This document shows, in pieces, positions 12,201-26,011 of a DNA stretch of 64,000 nucleotides (position 1 is its first letter; each line of letters begins with the position of its first letter). A program made the position numbers and the translations under genes. The stretch comes from Kudoa neothunni. Taxonomy: Eukaryota > Animalia > Cnidaria. The DNA lies in contig OZ199840.1 of NCBI GenBank assembly GCA_964304625.1, positions 2,468,787 to 2,532,786 on the forward strand, read 5' to 3'. The notes beneath the pieces were generated by a model. The model saw nothing but the letters and a program-made list of their open reading frames with translations. It ran no database searches and was not told the origin of the DNA.

Positions 12201-15200
12201 CTGACAAAAGAGTTTAAGATGTGCACGTTTATGTTAAATCTTGAACCAAATATTATTCAAGTAATCTTCTTCTCTTCTAAAAACCAATATATAATATGAT
12301 TTTATTAGAGTTTCATTGATAAAAAACGGATGAAGTTGTATCTAATTGAGGTTTAAGTTTGGAACAATGGCTCTCTCCTGAAACTCAGTATCTTTATTTA
12401 TATCGATTGCATTGGATGTTTGATATATTTTAAAAATCTATTCAAACATATATAGAGTTGAGAAAGTTTGCGATGACCAACCACCTGGGAATTCTCTAGA
12501 GGAGGTTTCAAAGTCATATTTGACCGATTTTAAAGACTTGCCACTTTCTATCAGATTTGATAAACTCTCTGTTTGTATAAATAAAAACAAACCTCTTGAT
12601 CTATCATTGGATGATTCAACCCATACCAAGTCAGTTGATGACATTTATTCTAAGTTGAAAGCATTGCAACTACCAAATAATTCCGGTTCTAACATAAGTG
12701 ATTATAATTTATATTGAGATTATCATCTACTCTAACGGAAAAAATAACAGCTTCATATATGAAGTTTATTAAATGTAGCTATACAGAGTTTATTTTAAGC
12801 TTTTCTGTTGATCGTAATTGTTTTCTAGCTATTTAATTATATTAAAATTAGGAAATTTTAATAATGGGGAATAAACCTTCTTATATATCAAATATAATTT
12901 CTCGTAGGTGATTCATTTAATTTCAAATGTGTCGTGCTCCATCGTGTATGAAGCTTAATAATGAAATAAACAATTTTTTCGAAACTTTATAACTATTTTC
13001 GTATTATTTATTCTTCATAATTTATGTTTAACCGAGAATTTTTATATTTTATCCATTTAAAATATTTTCGTACCGTTATTATTGATTTTTTAGCTACCTT
13101 ACTCAAGATTTTGATAAAGAAATTTATATAGCTTTAATTTATTTTTTCTTCCTGGTTCGCCATACAGAATTAATTATCCTTTATTTACATTAGTTCTTTC
13201 TGAATATATTGAAAACACTTAAGCCTTCAAATTAAGTTTTTGGATTAAATCTTATAGTAATTTGGATTTTAGACTTGGATAACGTTTTTAATTAGTTCCA
13301 AATGTCGCTTTACATGGGTATGAGAGTTTATTCGCCACTTTATGTTGTTATTCACAGACTCTTTTTTATCATTCAAATAATGTCTAAATATATGTGTTGA
13401 TATTAATGCCGTATAAAGATAGTGATGAGTATTTTTAATTATTTTAAAGTAAATATCATCTTTAAGTTTAACATTATACTCTTAATTGAAATAAATGTGT
13501 TGACTTTATAACACATCTAATTTATTTTATTTTGAGCTAGAGAGATAATCTCATGGTTTTTTATAAAAATATAATTGATTGTTTAGTAAACGAGAATTAT
13601 TCACTTAATGATACGGCATGATTTGTTTAATGATAAAGCAAAATCATCAAACACAAATAATGGAAGGTATTAACCAATATATTTTCAAGAAATGATTTTT
13701 TATAGCTTGTCAGATAAAAACAATAACGATCTTGAATATAACCACCGACAAACTAAAAAGGTTTAACGACTTTTTGTTACGTTTAAAATATTAGTGGTTT
13801 AGCCATTGGGGGATTACGATCCAACTAAACTGAAGATGATTTCACAACTCCTCAAAGTGGATTTTACGTTTATTTTTATCATAAAATCAATTAAAGGAAT
13901 TTTCGCTGAATCCCTCTGACAAAAAAGCCACCGACCGCCAGAATAATTCCCAGATGGGAACTTTAGAAAAAACTCATCATCACAAATTCATCTGTTTCTA
14001 TAAATGATGACATACACACCATGAACCCAATTTATATAAAAATAAGTAAGTTCATTTCTAAACATACATGTTAGTCATATGGATATCATTTTAATTGGAT
14101 TATTAGATGATTTCAACGATTCTACTATCATTTTGTACACAAAAGACGTAGTGTTGGAAGTTAGATTATATTTTAAGGAGCTGATATCTTCTCGTTACAG
14201 AAATAACCGTAATTTTAATTTTAATACCCCAATTGTATATTTCACCAAGTTCCCCTGGAAATCTATGAGTTAATAAAGTCAGAGGTTGTTGAATTGTTTT
14301 CAACTATAAATAACAAAAATGAGATGAAAACGTAAATAATCGATTTTTTTTCTTTTTTTTAAAATGGTTCCATTTAATAGTGATACTATAAGAGGATTAG
14401 TTTTTACAACTAATCCAAATTTTCCCAATTTGCATCTTTTCAAGAACCAACCATATTAAACTTCCATTATGGTACTTTTTAGTGATCGCACACATTTTTA
14501 TATTAAGTCTCTATGTATGTGAGGTAGCATTACTGATAGGCAAGTCGATCATTTCTTAGAAAAATTAAATTCTAAACAAAAAGTTCAAAATATTAATTCT
14601 CCAAATATACTTTATGACACATGTAAAATATATACTCAAGCTGTTGCTATACTCGAGCATTTGAAACCAAAACCTAATTTGTTGGAAATTAGTGTTGAGT
14701 AATTTTTATTGACTTTACTGTATATTTTTCTTTTAACTGATACACTAATAGAAATAGCTTGTCGCAAACACCATTATTACTGGAAATACTAAAGCATTAT
14801 ACAGTTACATGAACCAATATGTTTTCATTGTTACAAATATGGAAGAAATCTACCTTGTGTTTGTATGCGACTAACTAATTTTTTTCTTATTAAAGTTTAA
14901 TTTAATCATGCTTAGTTTGGAGAATATGAAAAATGAAATTCGTCAATTTAAGACTAAGTTCCATACACTCGCAGAAATCATTCATCGAAATACGTCAGAT
15001 TCGACAAGGACGTCCATGTTAAATGAAATAGAAGGAAAAATTCGAAATATCCATCTCAACAAGTATTTATTAATTGAATAATTTATTTGATAACTTATAA
15101 ATGACTACCCTTAGACTTGAACATATATCTCAGGATACACAGTTCCCCATCAACCAAAATCTTAAATTATATAGAGATAAAATTTCCCGAATAAAGCATT

Positions 15201-15597
15201 ACTTAACTTACATAAATAATTTTGAAGAAGAAAGTAAGTTGGTTGGTTGGTTTATTTGATTCAACTGAATTTTATAAAAATATTGATTTTTTCTGTCTCT
15301 AGGTGTTTGATCTGCAAAAAACAACTTATTACTGACAGTGATGAATCAAACAAGTGACATACACTCTAGTGCTAAAACTGTCGGTTTAAATAATCAGTTG
15401 TGTTTGGAAAATTACAAGAATGAATTACCGGCATTAAGTCTCACTTCCAAAAGGAGTATTTCGTTTTTTGTCCCGTCTACTTTACACATCTTTTTATTCG
15501 TTTTAGGCAAGCCTATGTTAAAATGATTACCGAAAACACCAATCGATTGATGAAACAAAATGAAATATTTGCACAATGGACTTGGATAATTAACTAA
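9218..15597 (+). CDS. Divergent multi-exon gene, possibly Nup88-like (beta-propeller-like N-terminus plus C-terminal coiled coil); exon structure only partly resolved
   Basis: Chain of GT-AG exons from MDAVIFSK. Segments TFVFLVLCVGGELL, KIFVISNEI and MKLYLIE loosely recall Nup88 YPLYILYENGET, NILVIATES and SLYVFE. Heptad-rich exons at 14916-15233. A ~2-kb intron (10054-12076) carries a MITE. The reading frame is unclear around 15303-15460. Confidence 0.4.
10632..11271. mobile_element. pogo/Tc1-type MITE inside an intron
   Basis: TA-CGGTCGAACTTCGATTATCCGG ... AGAATAATCGAGGTTGGGTTG-TA imperfect TIRs; internal repeats of the TTCGATTATCCGGA motif. Confidence 0.65.
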
Positions 15598-15970
15598 TGT
15601 TTATTGTTTTTCTTTTTTTGTTTCAAATAATTTCTTTTTTTTTTATTTTAATTAAACGAAAACTTCAAACCTATTTTTTTCGCCGCAGAGGAATGTATGC
15701 AAACTAATTCATTTTACTTACGATCACGTTTAATCAGTTTTACGAAATTTTCTAGGAGAATTTTTATGTATTGATTAGTGTTTATTATTCTCACACAAAG
15801 TTCAGGTTAATTTAAAGACAGGGATGTTGATGATAAATGTAAATAATTATGGTATTTCAAGGAGTTACCTTTGTAAGGGCTAAATTTCTACTACACTAAA
15901 TTTAATAATCCATTAATTTATATACGTATAGTAATTTAAGAGATGATGTATCATATATGAATCTTGAATA

Positions 15971-16286
15971 TTACAATGAACGAACAATCTAATTGTTTAT
16001 TTCTTCACTTCTCAGGCATGCTGAAAAAATATGACTTAGAATGCCGTATATAGCTTTGACAGTTGGCTTAATTCAACCCCATTGAGGAAGTCTTCAATCA
16101 GTTAAAGTGCGAAGTGAAAAGGCAGGCCCCAAAAAACTCATGAAGACCTGCTTAACTGTGTTGAATTAAGCCAAAGAGTTGTCTCAGAAGCCAACTGTCA
16201 AAGCTATATACGGCATTCTAAGTCATATTTTTTCAGCATGCCTGAGAAGTGAAGAAATAAACAATTAGATTGTTCGTTCATTGTAA
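15971..16286. repeat. Perfect 99-bp inverted repeat (15971-16069 / 16188-16286) around a Tc1/IS630 transposase 3' fragment
   Basis: The arms are exact reverse complements. The + strand reads FNPIEEVFNQLKCEVKRQAPK then, after frameshifts, HEDLLNCVELSQRVVSEANCQSYIRHSKSYF. Confidence 0.9.
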
Positions 16287-16321
16287 ATTTAAAGCATTAT
16301 CATAGTTTTTTTGCGTCATTA

Positions 16322-16830
16322 TTAAGTGTGTTTGCATGTCGATTGAACATGCTTGCATCTTGTGGCTGGGTCATCGTGCATAATAATATATTTATTTTGA
16401 GAAACTGTTTGGTATTCAGTGGCAATTACAGATGAATCGTTAGATTGAGATATTTTACACCATGTTGCACAAACATTATCATTTAATGCTTCATTATCAA
16501 TATATGAGAATGTTTCTATTGCACCGCATATTTCTGGGGCGGTTCCGATGTCAGTGTTGCCACAATCTCTTGAAACAAAGGGACCTTCTTCATCAGTCAA
16601 AATATCAACATTATCTGGAGGTAACGTCACAAAATAAATTGGGTTTAGAATATCATCGTCATTTTAATTATCAAGGACGGCATCAATCAAATTTGTGTAT
16701 CTCATTATAACGTTTTAAGCACAAGGTCGAGTAACAGATTAATTGAAATTTTGCACGCTGGTGGTTCTTCGTTCCCTTTTCGGCACCGCACCATATTGCT
16801 TACGTTTCTTACCCCCAATGACGATTTGAC
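16322..16830 (-). pseudogene. Probable piggyBac (PGBD-type) transposase N-terminal remnant
   Basis: YFVTLPPDNVDILTDEE...ICGAIE resembles the acidic PP..D.LTDEE N-terminus of PGBD proteins; no catalytic domain seen. Confidence 0.35.
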
Positions 16831-17683
16831 CCAATTTGAAACAATATCATTTATCTAATCTTTTCGAATTATAACTTAGCTTATAAATTCTAAATTTTCT
16901 ATTTTTAAGAAATTACTGTTCTACTTCTACCCCAGTATCCCATAATTACTATATAGTACGTAATCTGAAAAGATATAAATTCATAATTGGATTTTAATTT
17001 TTTAATTACATTCCTAATGGATAAATACGTGATATACATTGAAATCATATTCATCGGCGAATTATTACAATTCTTAGAGGGGGCCGAAAAGCCAACGAAA
17101 AACCTAGAATGGGTTAACCGTTTTTTCTACGATCATGGGGCAGTGCACGTAAAGGTTGAACTGGGCTCATGTAGCTCAGTCAGATTAGTTTTAATCATTT
17201 TAGGGCTCAATGATTAAAGCTAATTTATTTTCAACCAAAATATGAAATTTTTTTAAAATTCGCTCAAATAAAATCGTCGAAAATTGTAAACAATTCGAAT
17301 TCAGCATGAGGTAGCATATTAAATATGGACGTAAATAGTATTCTAGCAGATTTTTAAATTGTTTTTTTCAATCGCAAATTATTTGAAATACAACTGGATA
17401 AAGTTTATTAAGAATATACATCAAATAAACACTATATGATTTTCTAATCCTATTCTAACGGCATAATCAGTTTCGAATAATAATTTTTTTTATAAAGGCA
17501 GTGGCTATTGTTAAGGGTCCGTATAATCCGCATACGGGGTTGTTTATTGCTACGGGAGGAATTACCCCAAATCTAAAAAACTCGTTTAAATTTTGAAATT
17601 CACATTTGCAATTAATGATTTTGGCGTAACATAATTAAAATTTACTGAGAAAAAATATATCAGTAAAAAATACTACATTATTG

Positions 17684-19487
17684 GGTAATAGGGTAGGATG
17701 TGGCACCTAAAAAAACATCCTTTTTGCGCATCGTTTTTTTTTCGCTGATTCCTTCACGAATGTTCATAATAAAATAAAAGAATACTGATAGGAAGTATTC
17801 AGCTAATTATAGTAGCATCTTATTTTGGTACACAAACACCATCGGCACACGTGGAATCTTCGTTAAATCTCCAAGAACCAATGAAAAACTCACCTTATTG
17901 TGCATACATTAATTCCTACATTTATCGTACGCCTTAATAACATTTTTTGTAACGGGTCGTTCCAAAATTATACAACTGAGACGTTTAATTAAACCTTACA
18001 CATCTTTTATAAATTATTTTCTCTATCATTTTTGGTATATTCGACTACGGACCAATAAAAGAAAATTACAATAAATTACCACTTTTTCTAGTTTATATAT
18101 TTTTTTGGTTAATTTATTTGAATAATAAAAAAAGTTATAATCATTTTATCATAAAACTTCTATTATGAAATTTTTATAGTGACAATACAATGAATCTTCA
18201 ATCTTCATTGTACCTCGATATTTGTTCCAAAAAATTGTTAAAACGATTAATTCTGAAAGAATCATTCTTAACGAAAGTTAATTATACAAAATAAAGAAGC
18301 AACGTAAATAGGATTTTGGTCAATATAGTGTTAAACATTTACGACACACTTTACTTCATTTTTCAGATATATATAGTCTATTAAATTGATGTTCAATATT
18401 TTTTTCTTATTTTTATAAAAATAACGATTATATTTTAGGCCTTATATGTTACAACGTATTTAATTTGGGAAGAAAATTTATAAATAAAGGTTTTTTTTAA
18501 TTTCTATGGTATTTTACTATTTTACCAGTTGGTTTGACATTATATTATATAAAATTTAACATTAATTCGTTATTAAATTCTTTAGTTTTGATTGTCTTCC
18601 GAAAATCTCCCTTTAAATACTAGTCTCAATTATTTTTGCTTTTCCTGTGAAGAAGCGTCTCATCAATCTCAATAAAATATCCTTTGCCACCAAATGATTT
18701 TCGCAGAAGAAAATTAGAAACGCAAATATTCCTTATTTTTTTAAACCGTACCCCAGCTGTTTTTGTGATTAAATTAATATTTTCTTCATCGATATGTTTG
18801 GGGAGGGATGAAACAAATTCAAACTTAAAAAGAAAGTTCCACATAGAGGAGATACCTTAGTTTTACATCTTCAAACTGTTAGACTAGTATTTAAGTATAA
18901 AATAATTACTAAATGAATAATCCACATCATTCCTTTCACGCGACTTAATTTTAGGTACTGATCTTTGAACATTCAAATTCCTTTAGGCGAGGGATAAACA
19001 ATTGAATTTGTAACAATTGTTACACCTAAAATGAAGAGGAGGCAGATATTATTTCTCTACAAGTATATTAAACAACTTAATGGAATTATTAATAAAAAAA
19101 AAGTCGCTATCGTTAATACAACTCAAAGAACTCATTTTCTCTAGCGCGCGAGAAATTTGATAAATTACTCGTTTAAATATTTAATATTTTGTTATTTAAA
19201 TCAAACATTTCAATTAAAAAAATGTTATTAAGGCGTATAATAAATGTAGAAGTTAGTGTATTAAAAAAATGCGTTTTCATTGGTTGGTTATTGGATATTT
19301 AACGAAGATTTCACGTGTACCGGTGGTGTTGTATTCGGGATTTCGTAACAAAATAGACGATATCGTAATCATTTGAGTTCTTCCACTCGATATTCATTTA
19401 TTTTATTATGAACAATCGTGAAAGAATCGGCGAAAATAAATGAAGTTTAGAGATTAAAATAAAGTAGCGGTCTCCTTTACCATTACC
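17684..19487 (-). mobile_element. Decayed Merlin (IS1595/ISXO2-like) element with ~250-bp TIRs
   Basis: Starts GGTAATAGGGTAGGATGTGGCACC; 17750-17950 is the inverted copy of 19220-19440; ends TACCATTACC; internal GGKGYFIEIDETLLHRKSKNN (18626-18844). Same family as 52292-54215. Confidence 0.75.
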
Positions 19488-19932
19488 GCATCTCCAGTTT
19501 TTCCTGTGTTGCAAGAAATTGTCGTAATTGTATTTTTCACATATATTTGGTGGCTGAAACTAATTATTTTCAATTAAATATTTGATAGAATTCTCTTAAT
19601 TTTCTAATATAAATTCTAGAGCACCCATCGGTGGGATCATAATGGATTAAATTGCCCACGCTATCATGATCAATTTAATGCTCCGTATGACACACTAATC
19701 CATTTTGAGTTGGGCGTTAAGGGAGGCGTATATCAAATGTGGTCCTTGAAAATTTAAAACAATTAGGAAATGAACTATTAGTTTATGAATATTCTTAGAG
19801 GAAAATTATTAAGCGCATGAGGTAGAAATATTGTATTAGACTGATTATGATGCAATTTTTGTGCCCAAAGAAAACTTAGTTATATGAAGGAACCAAGATT
19901 TAGTATTTTAACTAGAGAATATATTTTTTTTC

Positions 19933-21046
19933 GGCTAAATTACAGTGACTATGACTCGCTTCGGGTAAAATAGACAAACTTCGGTAACATCGTAAAAATT
20001 GAAATATATCATTGTTAGTCATTATATATTTAAATAAGGTTGATAATTCTTTGCCAGAATATTTTCTTCGATACATAATGAAGAAGAGTCCCTGAGTTTT
20101 TATTTCTTGCGTTCCGATATTTACGCTTAACAGCCCCAGGTAGCTTTAATTTGGTTAGAATGTATTCCCTCAGAGGAAACAAACTTCCTTCGGTGAATAA
20201 CTATCCCATGCACAAAACCCAACTTTGCCAAGTTATTATATCCTTTCCAACCATCCTTACAAATGATCGACTCTTCTTCGACGTTGTCAAGGATAATTCT
20301 TGCAGGAATGTCTTTATTTCTTCGCTGGGTTAAGCGCAAAAAACAATTTCCATTCTCGTTGATACCATCAACCATCCAATATTGTTGATTACAAAGAATC
20401 CTTCCCACGTTGTATTTTCTTTTTGATATGGCGGTCTCGTCAATTTGAACGATAACTCCACGCCCGCCAATTTTTGAATATTCCTCATCCAATTTAGAGG
20501 CCATAAAGTCATATATTACATTTTTCCATTCACATATGGTGGAATCGGAAGATATTCCAACATGTTTTCGAATTTCCTTATAAGTCATGGATAGGTGTTG
20601 AATTATCGAAACGATAAATATGAAGATCTTCCACAACGGAAGTCTAGATATTTCAAAAATTGTTCCCTTTCGAATCGATATCTTTTTTCTGCATAAAGTG
20701 CATTTATAGTGATATCCATCACGGAAATAACCATAATCCAAATTAGTGATTCTTGAATTAAATACGGCCATATAAACACGTTTTACTAAACTAACAACCA
20801 CGTGACTACAATAATAATATAAAGTTAATAGATGTGCAAACCGCGCCAGCGGGTGACACGTTGGAGATTTCATTCTCCTAATATTATGCTCCAAAAGTGG
20901 AGCGGTAGCATGCCCTAGATAATCCAACAGTGATATCATTAATATTCTCGAAAGTATATATTTTCTTGTTAAGATTCATCGCGCCACAAATATAACGACC
21001 AGTTAAGAATATCGCCGAAACGGGTCACAGTCACTGTATTTTAGTC
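19933..21046 (-). mobile_element. Compact Merlin element with a 270-aa transposase ORF (20127-20939); third catalytic residue E>K
   Basis: ~32-bp TIRs GGCTAAATTACAGTGACTATGACTCGCTTCGG / CCGAAACGGGTCACAGTCACTGTATTTTAGTC; 8-bp TSD TTTTTTTC/ATTTTTTC; motifs VQIDET, KRKYNVGR, DGWKGY, HSNQIK(normally E)ATW. Confidence 0.88.
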
Positions 21047-21399
21047 ATTTTTTCATGTTTTCTCTTTTCAGCAAAAGAAATGGCCGTTAGCCTCGATCCT
21101 TTAGGTCTTTCTATTGTTTTTTTTTATTTTCGTTAGGAATGATCACGCTAAATAAGATATGTTACATGAAACTAAATCAAAATCTCACTATCTCATTTTG
21201 TATCTTTTCTTTGTCAATGTGCGTGTGTGGACCTAAATTAAAGAGATTCTCAATAGAAACATTATTCATTGATCCATTCGATGAATTATTAAAGATTTTG
21301 TTAGAATTATCTAACATAGTTGTCTTGATATGTAACCCTAAATTTTTCCAAATAAAGTAAATACTTTACTTCCTGTAATACCTGATTTTTCAACATCAA

Positions 21400-22093
21400 C
21401 TGAAGATAGGGAAGCTTCGTCCATCATTATTTTATCGCTGGAGGTATTTTTCATTGAATTATTATTTAAAAAAAATTAAAGGGTTCGATTACTTATTGGT
21501 CTTTCTACCTCAATATAAACACCAATGAATTTTTAGACGCTTCGAAAATGTTACTAAATTTTTTGGAGGGGTTTCTTAAATAGTTAAGGCATTGCATTTA
21601 AGTTTGATAATGTTAATGAATGTTGTTTCTTGGATGAATTCACTAGCATAATCTCTTGTCCGTCTTTTGTCGCAATGGGTTGATTCAAACACGGGTTCTG
21701 AGTTCATTGCTCTCGTACAGAAAATGTGCCTGCATGGCAAATTATATGATCTGTTTAATAAACACGAACGTTTATTAATGCTAGATATATTTCGTTCACA
21801 TTCTTTATTCATTAATGTTAGCTCTTCATTAACAACTTCAAAAGCTCAAAGTATGGCCTTGGAGTTGAATGCGGTTCATAGGTAGGATTATTTCTCATTA
21901 AATCTGAAACAATTTTATTGTATCCTTCAATTCTCATCGAATAAATGCGATCAAAAAATCATTTAAAGAAGTCACTTAAAGTTGAACATTTTTATTACGT
22001 TTTTTAAATAACCATTCAAGGCTTCTAAAAGATTATTTGTAATGTTGCCATATATATTAATGGTATTACTAATGGATATAATCCATTCATCAC
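21400..22093 (-). pseudogene. MULE/Mutator transposase C-terminal remnant with a SWIM-like finger
   Basis: Minus strand GNITNNLLEALNGYLK (TNN..E..N motif) followed by SCLLNRSYNLPCRHIF. Confidence 0.65.
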
Positions 22094-22349
22094 AATTGGT
22101 CAAAGTGGACTTTATCAGGGGAATAAATCACGATACGTTGAATTTTCGACGACATATGCGCACGCACATTATATTATTTTATGCGCGTGTTGGATCTGAT
22201 GCAGTATAGGGGCGTAACCCGCCACATGAATTAATCCGATTGGTGCGCAAAAATCGGATTACACTGCATAACATTTGTTGCTATTGATTGAACGAGATGT
22301 ATCCTTTATTTGATCGTAAATGATAAAATATAAAATATTTCACATTATT

Positions 22350-23150
22350 CTATATGTAACAAACGTTTTGAAGTGATCCCAAAAACCCATTCCATAGATT
22401 TTCATAGTTTTTGCGCTTCCATTGGAATTCAAATAAAAACTCATCTATGGCACTTTGAACAATTTCTCCGTTATCATTGATAGATGATGTTCGGTTTCTT
22501 GGAGAAATTCTATATTTTATAGCATTCCATGTACCTTCGATGGTGTTTGTATGTGCGCCAGTCACGGAGTCGACAAATTCTACACTATGGTTGACTTGGA
22601 GATGATATGTTGGTGGAGATTTTGGTAACTCGAGAAGCTATCTGTTATAATGATTGAGCTTTCTCTGACATACGTCTTAATAAGAGAAATTAAAGTCTCT
22701 GCTTTTCTGTGAGGAACTTCAATAAGGAAGATCCTTCTCTCTTCGCTTCAAAAACTCCACCAAGGATCCAGGCACCATTAACAGGATGTCCACGACTATA
22801 CCTAGAATCCTATTATGATGTCTTCGAAATTTAAACTATCAGCCACTAGCTGTCTCAAGTACATCGAGTAGCTTGAAATAGTATTTGTCGAGTGTCCAGT
22901 TATAAAACCGAGATGAGTTGATTTAACGCCAATCAACCAATAGTACGAAAATTCAAGCACCTCATTTATTGGCAACTTGCATAAAGAAAATAAAGTACTA
23001 TTGAGAAAGGACACTTTTTTCCTACAATCTTTTTTTGTACAACGCCATTGTTTATTATCCATTCATAAAGTAGGAATTTTATTGCAGCGTCTTCAGAATA
23101 GAAAATATTTTGCAATTTCTTCACAGGAGGAATCATTTTTAATCCCATAT
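22350..23150 (-). pseudogene. Fragmented Merlin transposase
   Basis: WRCTKKDCRKKVS...S, RGHPVNGAWILGG, VNHSVEFVDSVTGAHTNTIEGTWNAIK, broken by stops and frameshifts. Confidence 0.85.
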
Positions 23151-24754
23151 GTGAGACGGAGGATTAGGTGCCCCTATATGCAAGGTTAGCCCATATTGAT
23201 ATTATATTAAATATGTTTATTCTGCATCCTCCTAAAAACACATTTTCCAAAAACTTTAACTAATATTACATTTTCATTTATAGCAAAGGATTTAGAATAA
23301 CCTGAAATGGGTTCCCGGGAGGGTCAAGCGCGACTTAAAATCGTGAGAAAAATATTTCGTTAGTAATATGAATCAGTGAAAAACATAACATAATAAATTT
23401 ACATGAAACTCTTAAGACGATGACTTATTCGAGGCTAAAACGCCAATTTAATGAGCGGTTGGCTCGTGGAACCTATGATTATCTACAAAGTGTTAATACG
23501 GCCATAAAATGATTAATTAGGTCTCTAGTTTTAAGTTTTATGCACATTTTCTCAAACTCCCAAGTGATTAGATAAAAGTGGTTACCTACTACAATCTAAA
23601 TACAATGATTCTTGATAAGAACGAAATCCAGGAAAATTTGTTAAACAAGATTACTTTAATTTCCGGTATAACTTTGACGTTGTTAAGACAAGACACCATT
23701 GTTATCAATATCACTATATGTATATCTATCAAGCTGTTTATATAATGGAATTTAGGATCCAGAATATTCTAGAAACATCTAGGTCGATGATAGGTTATTA
23801 TAGAAGCTTTCAGTGTATTCTATGTTAAACTAGAACCATCTGGAAACCCTAACAGACGTACTAGAAATATTTATAAAAAATCGCTCTCAATATATTTTTT
23901 CAAGGAATATTAAAATATTTTGAAATGTCGATTTATTGTAGTGATTTAAACGAGTATCTATCTTAGTTACGTGATTCCAAATAATTCATTTAATAAGTTC
24001 ACAGTTCGAGAATGTAATTAACTAAACAATAAAGTAAATGAAGATTTTATGGTAGTCAGAAATGCAATAAATTTAATCAGTTTATACATAATAAATTTAT
24101 GTTGGAATTTTATTAAATTAATATCGTTGGTAAATTATGTTCCTTAATTTATTTTCTTCCAAATATTATTAAAATTATAAATATTGTACGAGTCAAAATT
24201 AAAAGAAGCAATCTTGAAATATTTAACTAGTATGAAAAACATTTATCGGTTGATCTATTGGTCCTATTGGAGTAAATATCTCATTACAGATTCAACTTTA
24301 AAAAATTTTAATATTTTCAATAATATGTTTAAAAATATTGTTAATAATTCTTTTATGATTGTTGCAACATTAAAATTTATTTGTTTAGAATTATGTTCAA
24401 TAAAAAATAATCCATCTTATATAATTTATTTCATAAGAAATTTAATGCAATATTAACTCACCTAAACATAATAAAGTCAAATTAAATCGAATGAATATAT
24501 TAGCAGACGGTTTTGAGAAATTCATTGGTTGATTATGTCATTTCCATATTTTTAAAAGGTAGAGGATAAAAATTTCATCTTTATATGTATTATTTATAAA
24601 TCAATGGGTCATATATATCAAACTCAAGAAACTACGTTATCAATAATCGACTGTTTCTATTAATGCATTATAGCGACATAAAAGAACTGCGCACGTAAAA
24701 CAAATATCATAGCACAAAATTATAAAAAATTTCAAAATAACTGTAACTGTATAT

Positions 24755-25905
24755 CTACATTTTTAATGTGTCCGTTGACTCTAATTTGATTTTATCTTCA
24801 AATGGGGACCATATAATATTTCCTCCATAAAGTAAGTTATCTAATGGGTTTTCTTCCAATTCACTTAGCTAAACGGGCATCTGTAGAAACGGTCGCATCC
24901 GTATTAAATACTTGTTTTCGAATATAGTTAATTAATAACATAATAGAGTTGAAATCCAATTCATAATCAGATTGTCTCGAATAACTACAAACCAATTTCA
25001 TTCTAATATGGGAAAATGAAATCAGATACAGAAACAACACTTCAGCCATGTGCAAATCAGAGAGCGAAGCAGCCTACAAAAAAATAAGGAGGCAAATAAC
25101 ATCAAACAACCAACTTTATCCAAATCATGTGCAAAGGCTTTGAAATGGGCCATAATATGTTTTTGAAAAACAGTAACGGATATGTGAGGTGCAGTGGGCT
25201 ATAGGGAAATTAGGTTAGAAATTAAAAGTTCAATCAGCAAACACTCACATGATGAATACTGCATCGTTTCATCACGTCTGCCATAAATAATGAGCTCACT
25301 CTTCTAGAAAGCATATAGGAAAATACAGGTTGAATTCCATGTGCCAAGACAACCAACCTAAACATTACATCAAATTACATCAATTTAGATCAGTTGTAGC
25401 AATTTTTAAAATCTAATAATTTACCAAATGTGAATAGCTATAACGAAATACCATGAGAATATTGTGTCTGGCATTCGTAGGCCTTAATAAAAGAATATTA
25501 CTATGGCGCTCGATTTAAAATTCAGCACACTTTTTAATATAAATTTATAATCGATTCCCGTGGTAACAGAGTCGTAGATGTTATAACAAACTTGAATTGA
25601 CGGCTATGTCATAATTAAATCGAATAAGGAATAATCTTGTAGCTTTTACCAAAATTCCTAAATCTAATATTCGAAGTATTTTCATTTCATTCTGATTGAC
25701 ATCTTTTTTCTATTATCCAAATCACCTCAAAATAAGCCCAACCATATAATACTGTTATTAGTGTTTTCGCAGTTGTGGTGTACTTTGAATAAAGTGGGCT
25801 TTTCTCTTGTTCAAAAAAAATATCACTTGGAATAGCGCTATAACGACGAATCCGGATGAAGGGGATTGGACGCGGTAATTCTACTATTCGAACAAACTTT
25901 ATCAT
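24755..25905 (-). CDS. UQCC1: Ubiquinol-cytochrome c reductase complex assembly factor 1 (Cbp3 family), multi-exon
   Basis: Spliced: ...IYDSVTTGIDYKFILKS|LRMPDTIFSWYFVIAIHIW|LVV...DLDK|AASLSDLHMAEVLF...LLINYIRKQ|LSELEENPLDNLLYGGNIIWSPF...KM*. Matches the recalled UQCC1 motifs MPDTF.SW...LHVW, YVRKQ and DLL..G.V.W.P. The N-terminus looks like a mitochondrial presequence. Confidence 0.82.
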
Positions 25906-26001
25906 TTATATTTTATTATAGGAAAAAAATTTGGGGCGTTTCGCTTGTGATGAAAACGGCAACTATAGCAACGGGTGGAGAGATACACGATGAAAGCAAA
26001 C

Positions 26002-26011
26002 TGCGCATGCG
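26002..26011. promoter_or_regulatory. TGCGCATGCG NRF1/EWG-like element ~100 nt upstream of UQCC1
   Basis: GC-rich near-palindrome in AT-rich DNA; related motifs occur upstream of four other genes. Confidence 0.45.
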
